From the NCBI GenBank assembly GCA_043767805.1, contig JAYUGC010000066.1:5597-69596 (forward strand): a stretch of 64,000 nt of DNA, in the 5' to 3' direction. Shown piece by piece: positions 34,891 through 42,968 of the stretch (positions are counted from its first letter, which is position 1; each line of letters opens with the position of its first letter). The position numbers were made by a program, and so were the translations under genes. The DNA comes from Pseudomonadota bacterium (GTDB taxonomy: Bacteria > Bdellovibrionota > FAC87 > UBA2466). The notes beneath the pieces are model-generated. The model was not told where the DNA came from. It worked only from the letters and a program-made list of their open reading frames with translations, and made no database searches.

Positions 34891-35745
34891 TTATCCCTTC
34901 CGAAGGCCTTTGTCGGCGTATTGATACTCGAGGAAGCGGCGCAAGATTCCTTGTTCCACTTTTCCTTTTTGGCGGGCGGGGACGCAGACGCGGGCGATGA
35001 GCTCGATTTGTCCCGGCTTCGGAATCGTGATCGTCACGCGGGCTTCGGTCGACGGCGTATCGAGCCCTCTTTTGCGGCCTAGCAGCTCGAAGTGCTCGCG
35101 CGCCTTTTGGGCGAACGGCTGGCAAATTTCCACGCAAGAGCTCATCAGCCAGGTCTCGGCCGTCCGCCAGTCGTAACTCGTCTCGAGTGGAACGGTGAAG
35201 ACATGGAGCACATAATGGTCCGTGTAGCTTTCATTTACTAGCGGCTTGAGCAGGAAGAGCGAGTTAGGAACCGAGATGGCTCGTCCCGTATATCCATGGG
35301 TCATATGCCCCGGCCCGATCTCCAAAACGGTGGTGGTAAAGGCGTTCTGATCGATGACGTCCCCCCGAATGCCTTCGATTTCGATCCGGTCTCCGATGGA
35401 GAAGGACTGCGACAAAGTCTTTACGAACGTTCCGCCGAGACAGGCCAGCGGATCGCGCACCGCCAAGACCACGGCGGCGGCGATGGCGACGATGGAGAGC
35501 GCCATCGATCTCAGCTGGGTCGCCCAGATAATGGTCACCCCGAAGAGAAAGAGCACGGCCCAGACGTTCCTCAAGGTGACCATGAGCCAGCGCTGGGTGT
35601 CGCGGTTGGCAAACTTCAAATTGCGCACCAGGCGATTGCCGATAAATCTCAAGGCGAAGACCAAAATGACGAAGGCGATGGAGGCGAACAGCTTTTGAAA
35701 CACGTCCGCCCGGTGGATAAGCGCAATGAGAGTTTGCGAGGTCAT
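34891..35745 (-). CDS. mscS: small-conductance mechanosensitive channel (MscS family)
   Basis: N-terminal TM helices, then the MscS beta-domain motif 'FSIGDRIEIEGIRGDVIDQNAFTTTVLE'. Confidence 0.8.
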   Translation of the reverse strand: MTSQTLIALIHRADVFQKLFASIAFVILVFALRFIGNRLVRNLKFANRDTQRWLMVTLRNVWAVLFLFGVTIIWATQLRSMALSIVAIAAAVVLAVRDPLACLGGTFVKTLSQSFSIGDRIEIEGIRGDVIDQNAFTTTVLEIGPGHMTHGYTGRAISVPNSLFLLKPLVNESYTDHYVLHVFTVPLETSYDWRTAETWLMSSCVEICQPFAQKAREHFELLGRKRGLDTPSTEARVTITIPKPGQIELIARVCVPARQKGKVEQGILRRFLEYQYADKGLRKG

Positions 35746-35883
35746 GGCTCATTCTACCTAAAAAAAAGGGCCCTCGCCTGCCGCGGATATTGCCAAGCCG
35801 TCCCCCGCCCCTTATTCAGACATAGTACGTGAGCTTCGAGCGTCCCATTATTCCCCCAAATTTCCGCCACCAAAGGTCGAGAT

Positions 35884-37941
35884 ATGCGCATAGCTTTCGT
35901 CTTTAACAAGCAAAGGACCAAGTCCGTCGCCGAAGCCGAGTTCGACACGGCGGAGACCATCGAGGCGATTCATAACGCCTTGGGCTCCACCGGGCACGAA
36001 GTGGTCGACGTGGAAATGACCACGGACGCCACCTGGGTGGAACGGCTGCTCCGAGTCAAACCGGATCTCATCTTCAATACCGCGGAAGGCTATCGCGGCG
36101 TCGGCCGAGAGAGTTTGGGGCCGGTCCTCTTCGAGCAATCCGGCCTGACGTACGTCGGATCGGGCCCCTACGCCTGTTTTCTGACCCTGGATAAATTTTT
36201 GACTAAGCAAATGGTCTCCCAGCGCGGGGTTCCCGTCTCCGAAGGCCACTTCGTCACGAGCGAGGACGAGCTCAAGACGGTAGCCATGGAAATGGTCTAT
36301 CCCGCGTTCGTTAAGCCCAACTACGAAGGTTCCTCGAAGGGCATCACCAAGCAGAGCATCTGCCGCACGCCCAAGGATCTTCTCGCCTACGGCAAGAAAT
36401 GCCTTTCCGAGTTCCCCGAAGGCCTCCTCATCGAGCGCTTCATTCCGGGTAAGGACGTCACCGTGTCCTATATCGCGGGCCTGGGCGATGAAGGCGTGCT
36501 GGAGCCCGTCGAGTACACCCAGATGGAAAAGCAGGACGGCGACTGGGTTTACGACTACGAGCTAAAAAACATCTCGGACGAGAAAGTCGGCATCCGCTGC
36601 CCGGCGCAGCTTCACCCCTTCACCCGCATTCAGATTATCGAAAAGATGAAACGTTGCGTTAGCGCGCTCGGCGTCGTCGACATGGGCCGCGCCGATTTCC
36701 GGGTCACGCCGGAAGGCGACGTCTACTTCATCGAGTTCAACGCCCTGCCCTCGCTCCAACCCGGCGCCGGAGTGTTCGAAGCGACGAAACTCTTGGGACT
36801 CAGCTACAACCAAACGTTATCGCGCATCCTGGAAACCTCTCTCTCCCGGCAAAAGTTGCAGGGCCCGGTGAACCGGCCTTCCCGCAAAATGACGGTGAAG
36901 TCGCCGCTGGTCGCGGTGGTCTACAACTTGCGCCGCAAGAACAAGGAAGAGGACGGCTACGAAGACGAGGCGGAGTTTGATTCCCAAACGACGGTGGACG
37001 CCATCTGCACGAGCATCCGCACGCTCAACTATAAAGCCATTCCCATCGAAGCGACACGCCAGCTCGCCGAACAGCTCAAAGAAGCCCACGTCGACATCGT
37101 TTTCAACATCGCGGAAGGCCGCGCGAAGAAAGCGCGCGAAGCGCAAGTACCAGCCATCTGCGATCTCTTGGGAATCGAGCACACCGGAAGCGACGTGCCT
37201 TGTCTCGCGCTGACTCTCGACAAAGCGATGACGAAAAAGATCGTCATGTCGGAAGGCATCCTCACCCCCCGGTACGCCATCTTGAACCGGCCTCCCAAAC
37301 GCATCGAGCTGGGTCTCAAATTTCCGATCATCGTGAAGCCGAACCAGGAAGGCACGTCGAAGGGCATTTACGAAAAGTCGGTCGTCTCCACCTCCGAAGA
37401 GCTCCTCGCTTCCATTCAGGCGCTCTGGACCAAGTTCCAAACACCGGTGCTCTGTGAGGAGTACATCGAAGGCCGCGAGTTCACCATCGGGGTTCTGGGG
37501 AGAAATGCGCTAAAGACCGTTGGCCCCATGGAAATCGCCTTCAAGCCCCGTCCGACGACCGCCTATCCGGTGTACTCCTTCGAAGCGAAGATGAGCGAGA
37601 ATCCCATCGACAATGAGTTCTGCCAGCTGATTTGCCCTCCGGAGCTCGATCCGACGCTCCTTCGCCGTATCAACGCCTTCGCGAGAAAGACGTTCAAGAT
37701 TCTCGGCTGCCGGGACATCGCACGCATCGATTTCCGCGTCGATAAAACGGGACAAATCTACTTCATCGAGGTCAACCCGCTACCGGGTCTTTCGCCCGGT
37801 TTCAGCGACCTGGTCATCATGGCTGACAAATCCGGATGGAAGTACGATGATCTCATCAAAGGAATTTTGAATCCGGCGGTACTCAGGTGGCGCAGCACCT
37901 ACACGCACAGGAATCCCGATAGGGAGAACACGGGTGGCTAG
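35884..37941 (+). CDS. fused tandem D-alanine--D-alanine ligase-like ATP-grasp protein (two Ddl-type modules, 685 aa)
   Basis: Two consecutive Ddl-like units share the same motif order. The first runs 'RIAFVFNKQ..' through 'YPAFVKPNYEGSSKGIT' to 'ADFRVTPEGDVYFIEFNALPSL'. The second runs 'VAVVYNLRRKN..' through 'FPIIVKPNQEGTSKGI' to 'ARIDFRVDKTGQIYFIEVNPLPGL'. Confidence 0.7.
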   Translation: MRIAFVFNKQRTKSVAEAEFDTAETIEAIHNALGSTGHEVVDVEMTTDATWVERLLRVKPDLIFNTAEGYRGVGRESLGPVLFEQSGLTYVGSGPYACFLTLDKFLTKQMVSQRGVPVSEGHFVTSEDELKTVAMEMVYPAFVKPNYEGSSKGITKQSICRTPKDLLAYGKKCLSEFPEGLLIERFIPGKDVTVSYIAGLGDEGVLEPVEYTQMEKQDGDWVYDYELKNISDEKVGIRCPAQLHPFTRIQIIEKMKRCVSALGVVDMGRADFRVTPEGDVYFIEFNALPSLQPGAGVFEATKLLGLSYNQTLSRILETSLSRQKLQGPVNRPSRKMTVKSPLVAVVYNLRRKNKEEDGYEDEAEFDSQTTVDAICTSIRTLNYKAIPIEATRQLAEQLKEAHVDIVFNIAEGRAKKAREAQVPAICDLLGIEHTGSDVPCLALTLDKAMTKKIVMSEGILTPRYAILNRPPKRIELGLKFPIIVKPNQEGTSKGIYEKSVVSTSEELLASIQALWTKFQTPVLCEEYIEGREFTIGVLGRNALKTVGPMEIAFKPRPTTAYPVYSFEAKMSENPIDNEFCQLICPPELDPTLLRRINAFARKTFKILGCRDIARIDFRVDKTGQIYFIEVNPLPGLSPGFSDLVIMADKSGWKYDDLIKGILNPAVLRWRSTYTHRNPDRENTGG

Positions 37942-39148
37942 TCTTTTCCAAAAATACTCGGAAGCCGCTCAGCAGAGAAAGCGACTGAGACAGCTGGGCA
38001 TTACGCTCGGCCACTACGAGACCGGGCCGTTCAACGCCATCACGGACGTCGCCGGAGTCAAAGTGGGCCACGCCACCCTCATCGAAGGATCCGGCCGCCG
38101 CAAGCCCGGCAAAGGCCCCATCCGCACCGGCGTCACCATGATCATGCCGAGCGACGATATTTTTGAAAGAAAGCTCGTGGCGAGCGGTTTCATTTTAAAT
38201 GGCGCGGGAGAAGTCGCTGGCCTCACCCAGCTGATGGAATGGGGGCTCATCGAAACCCCCATCGCGCTCACCAACACGCTTTCGGTCGGCCGTGTCGGCG
38301 ACAGCATCGTAAAATGGATGGCCCAGCGCTACGGCCAGAGCCGCATTCAGGCGGAAGTGGTTATCCCCGTGGTCGGCGAGTGCGACGATAGTTTCTTGAA
38401 CGATGCCGTCGGACTCCACATCCGTCCGCAGGACGTGTTCGCGGCCATCGAGAGCGCGACGAGCGGTCCGGTGAGCGAGGGCTGCGTCGGTGCGGGCACC
38501 GGCATGATTTGCTGCGATTTCAAAGGGGGGATCGGAACCGCGAGCCGGGTCATCCCCATGGGGCTTCAGAAAGAGAAGCACACCATCGGCGTGCTGGTCC
38601 TCTCCAACTTCGGTCGCATGGAAGATTTGCGAGTGGACGGCTATCCGGTGGGCCGCGTGCTCTCTCGCGTGCAAGGCGAATACTCCCGCCGGCGGTTCAA
38701 TTACGGGTCCATCATCGTGGTCATCGCGACTGACCTGCCCGTAACGCCGCTGCAACTGGGACGTATTTGCAAGCGCTCGGCCTTAGGGATCGGCCGCGTG
38801 GGAACCTATGCCGCTCACGGGAGCGGAGAGATCATTCTGGGCTTCTCGACGGCGAACACCATTCCGAGCATTTCGACGCCGAAATTCTCCATGACGGTCA
38901 TCAACGATCCGTTTCTCGATCCCGCGTACGAGGCGGTCATCGAAGCGACGGAAGAAGCGATTCTCAATTCGCTTTGCGCCGCGGTCGATACCGACGGCGT
39001 CGGTGGCCACCGTGTGCCGGCCATCGACATCGAGATGCTGAAAAATCTTTTCTCCCATTACAACGCGACGAACGATTACTCGACGCTTCCCGGTAACTTC
39101 GCGCCTCGCTCGCCCGCGCCTCCCGAGCCCGATCCCATCGACAACTAA
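37934..39148 (+). CDS. P1/S58 family peptidase (DmpA-like L-aminopeptidase/D-Ala-esterase-amidase)
   Basis: GTG start with GGGAG RBS, overlapping the Ddl-like stop. 'ITDVAGVKVGHAT', 'GTGMICCDFKGGIGTASR' and 'GVLVLSNFG' fit the DmpA/S58 Ntn-hydrolase family. Confidence 0.65.
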   Translation: MASLFQKYSEAAQQRKRLRQLGITLGHYETGPFNAITDVAGVKVGHATLIEGSGRRKPGKGPIRTGVTMIMPSDDIFERKLVASGFILNGAGEVAGLTQLMEWGLIETPIALTNTLSVGRVGDSIVKWMAQRYGQSRIQAEVVIPVVGECDDSFLNDAVGLHIRPQDVFAAIESATSGPVSEGCVGAGTGMICCDFKGGIGTASRVIPMGLQKEKHTIGVLVLSNFGRMEDLRVDGYPVGRVLSRVQGEYSRRRFNYGSIIVVIATDLPVTPLQLGRICKRSALGIGRVGTYAAHGSGEIILGFSTANTIPSISTPKFSMTVINDPFLDPAYEAVIEATEEAILNSLCAAVDTDGVGGHRVPAIDIEMLKNLFSHYNATNDYSTLPGNFAPRSPAPPEPDPIDN

Positions 39149-39182
39149 TATTGCGGGGCGTTACGGTAAACTACCGAAATTC

Positions 39183-39215
39183 TTGATAGACCGCCCCATT
39201 GCCTCCCCCTATAAT
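39183..39215 (+). promoter_or_regulatory. candidate promoter (TTGATA ... TATAAT) for small secreted basic protein gene
   Basis: Perfect -10 'tataat' at 39210-39215, about 47 nt upstream of the ATG at 39263. 'ttgata' at 39183-39188 sits at a non-canonical 21-nt spacing. Confidence 0.35.
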
Positions 39216-39262
39216 CGGAAACTAATTCAGTACAGCCTGTACTAGCTTAGAAAGGACCCGAC

Positions 39263-39559
39263 ATGAAATTCTGGATGCTCATGCTCTGTGCGATCACCCT
39301 CTTCACGGCGAGCCTCGCGAAAGCGGAAGACGAAGCCGCGGGAACCGACACGGTCACTACGACCGATACGACGACGACCGATTCCTCCACGACGGAATCG
39401 AAGGGCGGCCACAAGAAGCACGCTCGTAAGCACAAGTCCAAGATGACGAAGAAATCCAAGAAGGCGAAGAGAGCCCACAAAGCGGCGGAGCCCGTTGCGG
39501 CCCCCGAAGCGGCGACTCCCCCGGCTGAAGGCGAAATGCCGGCCGAAGGCGCGAACTAA
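39263..39559 (+). CDS. small secreted Thr-rich / Lys-His-rich basic protein (98 aa)
   Basis: Signal peptide 'MKFWMLMLCAITLFTASLAKA'. Mature part is 'TDTVTTTDTTTTDSSTTE' followed by 'GGHKKHARKHKSKMTKKSKKAKRAHKAA' and a Pro/Ala/Glu tail. Its own -10 box lies upstream and a strong terminator downstream. Confidence 0.5.
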   Translation: MKFWMLMLCAITLFTASLAKAEDEAAGTDTVTTTDTTTTDSSTTESKGGHKKHARKHKSKMTKKSKKAKRAHKAAEPVAAPEAATPPAEGEMPAEGAN

Positions 39560-39570
39560 AAGTTCGGTGA

Positions 39571-39608
39571 GGGTACCCGGCTCCGCGCCGGGTACCCTAC
39601 CTCTTTTA
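39571..39608. terminator. rho-independent terminator (11-bp GC stem + T tract), bidirectional position
   Basis: 'gggtacccggc-tccgc-gccgggtaccc' followed by 'tacctcttttacc'. It lies between the + gene ending at 39559 and the - gene ending at 39606. Confidence 0.7.
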
Positions 39609-40136
39609 CCGAATCAGAAACGTTTCCTCGTAGCGCACGCGCGACTCGCGCACGAGCTGCATCGCCTCTTCCTTGCCGCCGGTTCCCGTCACTTCCCCTT
39701 CCCAGCCCGATTGCTTCATTTCCTCTTCGAGAAACGAGCGAACCTGAGCCAGGCGGTACTGCGGGTATTGCGCGAGAGTTTCGTACTCGGCGACATCTCT
39801 ATCGTCGCAATGAACGCACACGAGTCTCGTGTCGACCACGCCGCGCCACAGACATTTGAACAGGCCGATGGGACGCACCCGCGCGAGCGTGAGGCTCGGC
39901 AACGAGCGCTCGCCCAAGATGAGCGCTTCGAGCGGAGTTTTCTCGGGCGTCGCGGTTTTCGGCAGAATGCCGCAGTTGCCGGGATACGTCGTATCCTCGG
40001 AGAGCAGCGCCGCGACTTTCAACAAGCCCGACTCTTTGTCGAGCACGTACCGGATCGACGAGTCCTTCGGCATCGTGATGACGGCCGGAAAGAAGGACGC
40101 ATCAGCGGGCCAATCGACTGAGTGCCACGGATTCAT
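39606..40136 (-). CDS. inorganic pyrophosphatase (family I) fold protein with substituted catalytic residues (degenerate PPase homolog)
   Basis: Start 'MNPWHSV' at 40136 has AAGGAGG 7 nt upstream. 'IRYVLDKESGLLKV' resembles PPase 'IKYEIDKESGALFV', and 'YPGNCGILPKT' resembles 'YPCNYGYINHT'. The conserved 'DGDPVDVLV' is 'EKTPLEALIL' here, and 'KMTDEAGEDAKL' is 'KCLWRGVVDTRL'. The ORF-track N-terminal extension is rejected. Confidence 0.6.
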   Translation of the reverse strand: MNPWHSVDWPADASFFPAVITMPKDSSIRYVLDKESGLLKVAALLSEDTTYPGNCGILPKTATPEKTPLEALILGERSLPSLTLARVRPIGLFKCLWRGVVDTRLVCVHCDDRDVAEYETLAQYPQYRLAQVRSFLEEEMKQSGWEGEVTGTGGKEEAMQLVRESRVRYEETFLIR

Positions 40137-40170
40137 AACGCCTCCTTTTAGGTTGAGGAACGTAACTAAA

Positions 40171-40398
40171 TCAATCTTCCACCGGCGGGGGCTGGTCCAC
40201 CTGCTGCTGCTGAGTTTCGTCATCGCGAATATCGCCGTCCATGGCCGGCGGCGGGGGAAACTCGCCACCCGTGTCGGCTTCGTACTCCTCGTCTTCGGCG
40301 ACACGCATCGGAGGCTCACTCAAAATGTCGGCGCGCGCGGAACGAACCACCGCGAAGAAGGCGAGCCAGATCGCCAGGCCTAAAGACAACTTTTTCAT
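40171..40398 (-). CDS. small secreted acidic Pro-rich peptide (75 aa), co-transcribed upstream of the PPase-like gene
   Basis: Start 'MKKLSLGLAIWLAFFAVVRSARA' (signal peptide, GAGG RBS). Mature part is 'DILSEPPMRVAEDEEYEADTGGEFPPPPAMDGDIRDDETQQQQVDQPPPVED'. There is a 34-nt gap to the downstream PPase-like gene. Confidence 0.4.
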   Translation of the reverse strand: MKKLSLGLAIWLAFFAVVRSARADILSEPPMRVAEDEEYEADTGGEFPPPPAMDGDIRDDETQQQQVDQPPPVED

Positions 40399-40582
40399 AA
40401 GTGACCTCGAATTGGACGGAGACTTCAGTAGCTGGGAAGACAGCTTCATTATGCCACTAACCGGCGAGACGGGGAAGTCACCCTGGCCGCGTAGTGGTGC
40501 CTTCTCGGCCCCAAAAAAGCCGTTTAAGCCGGCCCTTTTCCTCAATGCCTACACAATTGCGGCACGCCGATCGGGTCAAATA

Positions 40583-40623
40583 GTGAGACTGAGGATCCAA
40601 GACGGGATCCTCTCGAAGTCTCA
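40583..40623 (+). promoter_or_regulatory. 5'-UTR hairpin immediately upstream of the RBS of the beta-barrel OMP gene
   Basis: Nested inverted repeat 'gtgagact-gaggatcc-aagacg-ggatcctc-tcga-agtctcac' has 8+8 bp stems with a 4-nt bulge. It ends 3 nt before the 'ggagggg' RBS and the GTG start at 40635. Confidence 0.3.
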
Positions 40624-40634
40624 CGGAGGGGAAC

Positions 40635-41279
40635 GTGCCGCTACTTAGCTGCCTCGCTTTGCTTTTTATTTCCACGCTGGCTTTTGCCGAAGCGCCCCAA
40701 CGCCTCGCGAAAATCCGTCCACCGCTCTGGGACGTGTCGCCCCGTTTGATGCTCGGCTTCAATTTTTCCTACGGCGCCGCCGATCCCGGCTCTCCGGGCT
40801 CGACTCGCAATGCGCCGTCGTTTCTGGCGTCGGTCGATCTTCCACTCGGAAACGGCTGGTACTTTTCTCCGGGCATGGGCCTACTCGCTCGCGGGGTGCA
40901 GACCACGGTGTACACCTTGGGCACCTTGGATTTAAAGGGTAGCGTGCAGCTCGATTACGTCGAGCTTCCGCTTCTGCTGAAAAAATCCTTCGCAAGTCAC
41001 GTGCGCGGCATGCGCTATACGTTTTTCGGCGGCCCCGCCATGGCGCTCGCCATCCAGCGTGAGGTCGAGCTGCTAGGCGCCGTGAACCTCGACATCTCCG
41101 ATCGCTTTTTCGCGAGCGATACGCTTTTCTACATGGGCGCGGGGATTGAGTATAAAGGACCGAAGGGACCTGGGATCGTGGCGGAGCTCAGGTACGCGCT
41201 GGGGCTCGGCGACATCGATCGGACGGCGAATCAGTACCGCACGCGCGGGATTTTGTTTTTGCTGGGACTCAGCTTTTAG
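40635..41279 (+). CDS. outer-membrane beta-barrel protein (OmpA-N/porin-like small barrel)
   Basis: GTG start with GGAGGGG RBS. Signal peptide 'PLLSCLALLFISTLAFA'. Alternating hydrophobic beta-strand pattern. C-terminal 'GILFLLGLSF' ends in Phe, as in barrel-assembly signals. Confidence 0.6.
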   Translation: MPLLSCLALLFISTLAFAEAPQRLAKIRPPLWDVSPRLMLGFNFSYGAADPGSPGSTRNAPSFLASVDLPLGNGWYFSPGMGLLARGVQTTVYTLGTLDLKGSVQLDYVELPLLLKKSFASHVRGMRYTFFGGPAMALAIQREVELLGAVNLDISDRFFASDTLFYMGAGIEYKGPKGPGIVAELRYALGLGDIDRTANQYRTRGILFLLGLSF

Positions 41280-42094
41280 TCAGCGAGGGAGAGATCGCAA
41301 AAGAGACCTTCGGCAACCCAAGCCTGAAACCAAAGGCTTAGTTTCCCGGGATCGTCCACGAGTCCTTCAATGGCAGCGCAAGCCGACCCGAGAGTCTCGC
41401 CGCGGGAAAGATTTTCCAAGAGACGGAACGCGCCGAGCTCCAGACTCTCGACTCGCATGCCGCCGGAGAGCAGCCGGCGAGCGCAAAGCCACTGCTTGCG
41501 CGGCTTTTTCGGAAACGTAAGGCGTTGCGATCCTAAACGATGGCGCCACAGCCCCAAGATGGGCCAGGCCGATTCCACGAGCCGCACTGAAGGCGCGAGC
41601 TCCAAGCGAACTTGAGTGCCCTCTTCTCCCGCGAGTAACTGCAACCGCTCCGGCGCGAGAGCGCGGGACTGCCCCGCGAAAAAAGCCTCGAGATACCAGC
41701 GCTCGAAACGGGCGAGCTCTCCGAGCCAAGGGTTATCCCGGCAAAGCTCCAGGGATTGCACGAACTCGGGGAACGCCCTACCCGCGACCATAATGTCGGG
41801 AGACTGCGAAGGATGCCTTTCGAAATACAGGCGCACTAGATCGGAAAACGTCTCGTAGTCCTCAAGCCAAGTGACGGACTTCCCCGTGGCCTCATAGTCA
41901 TCGGAGACGCTTTCCAAAAGACGCCAGAAGTAGCCGTTCGCGTAGATCGCCACTCGATCCGCGCGCGCGATGGGCGGCTGATCCACGATGTGCGGATGCG
42001 CGGCCCAAACCGCCGGATCCGTACCGGTGAAAGCTTCACGGAGCGATTGCTGAAGCTCGGCTAGACTGGGCACCCGCCCTCGGGTCGCATCCAA
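41276..42094 (-). CDS. DUF2063-family protein (MbnC/BufC-like partner of MNIO enzymes)
   Basis: 272 aa. It lies immediately downstream of, and overlaps, the DUF692 gene, which is the canonical DUF692-DUF2063 pairing. The start is uncertain (59-nt overlap if taken at 42094). Confidence 0.6.
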   Translation of the reverse strand: MDATRGRVPSLAELQQSLREAFTGTDPAVWAAHPHIVDQPPIARADRVAIYANGYFWRLLESVSDDYEATGKSVTWLEDYETFSDLVRLYFERHPSQSPDIMVAGRAFPEFVQSLELCRDNPWLGELARFERWYLEAFFAGQSRALAPERLQLLAGEEGTQVRLELAPSVRLVESAWPILGLWRHRLGSQRLTFPKKPRKQWLCARRLLSGGMRVESLELGAFRLLENLSRGETLGSACAAIEGLVDDPGKLSLWFQAWVAEGLFCDLSLAD

Positions 42095-42947
42095 GAAATT
42101 CCTCCCGGAAAAACTCTGCCCGGGCCGCCTCTTCGGCTAGCCGGGGAAATTCAGGTAACTGATCGTCCCACTCGATCAGGGTCGGCACGTCCCCAAAAAG
42201 CCTGAGCGCCTGGCGGTACAGCTCCCAAACGGGATCCGATACCGGATGGTCGTGGGTATCAATGAGATGGGTACCCTTGTCCGAGTACCCCGCCAGATGA
42301 AACTGCCCCACGCGATCGGCCGGCACCGCGTTCAAGTAGGTCATCGGATCGAAACCATGGTTGCGGCTACTGACGTAAATATTATTCACGTCGAGCAGCA
42401 ACCCGCAATCGGCCTCCTCGGCGACACGAGAGAGGAACTCCCACTCCTCCATTTCGGAATGAGTGAAGGTGAGATAGCTCGAGACATTTTCAACCAGGAT
42501 GCGGCGGCCGAGAAAATCCTGGACCTGGCCGATGCGGCTCACCACGTGCTTAAGCGCTTCTTCCGTATAAGGAAGCGGAAGTAAATCGTGCAGGTTCTGC
42601 CCTCCGACCCCCGTCCAGCAAAGGTGATCGGAAACCCACGCCGGCTCTACGCGGGCGATGAGCTCTTTCCAGCGCTTTAGATAATCGTCTCGAAACGGAT
42701 CGACCGATCCCAAGGAAAGCGAAACGCCATGAAGAACGATGGGGTAATGCTCGCGCACGGACTCCAGAATTTCGACGGGTCTTCCGAACTCCCGCGCGCC
42801 CAGCCCTAGAAAATTTTCGGTGATGACTTCGAACCAGCCCAGGTTGGGCCGGTTCTCGAGGACGAAGGGATAGTGAGGCGGACGGAGCCCCACGCCCACT
42901 CCGAAGGAGCGTGCCTGGTACCCGTCCGCCTCACCAAATCGATACAT
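42036..42947 (-). CDS. DUF692 / MNIO (multinuclear non-heme iron oxidative enzyme; MbnB/BufB-like)
   Basis: N-terminal 'SFGVGVGLRPPHYPFV' matches the DUF692 'GIGLR..H' hallmark. Later 'HGVSLSLGS', 'ENVSSYL' and 'LLLDVNNIYVSS' are TIM-barrel (xylose-isomerase-like) iron-ligand regions. Confidence 0.8.
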   Translation of the reverse strand: MYRFGEADGYQARSFGVGVGLRPPHYPFVLENRPNLGWFEVITENFLGLGAREFGRPVEILESVREHYPIVLHGVSLSLGSVDPFRDDYLKRWKELIARVEPAWVSDHLCWTGVGGQNLHDLLPLPYTEEALKHVVSRIGQVQDFLGRRILVENVSSYLTFTHSEMEEWEFLSRVAEEADCGLLLDVNNIYVSSRNHGFDPMTYLNAVPADRVGQFHLAGYSDKGTHLIDTHDHPVSDPVWELYRQALRLFGDVPTLIEWDDQLPEFPRLAEEAARAEFFREEFLGCDPRAGAQSSRASAIAP

Positions 42948-42968
42948 CAGAATCCTAGGGAGCGAGGC

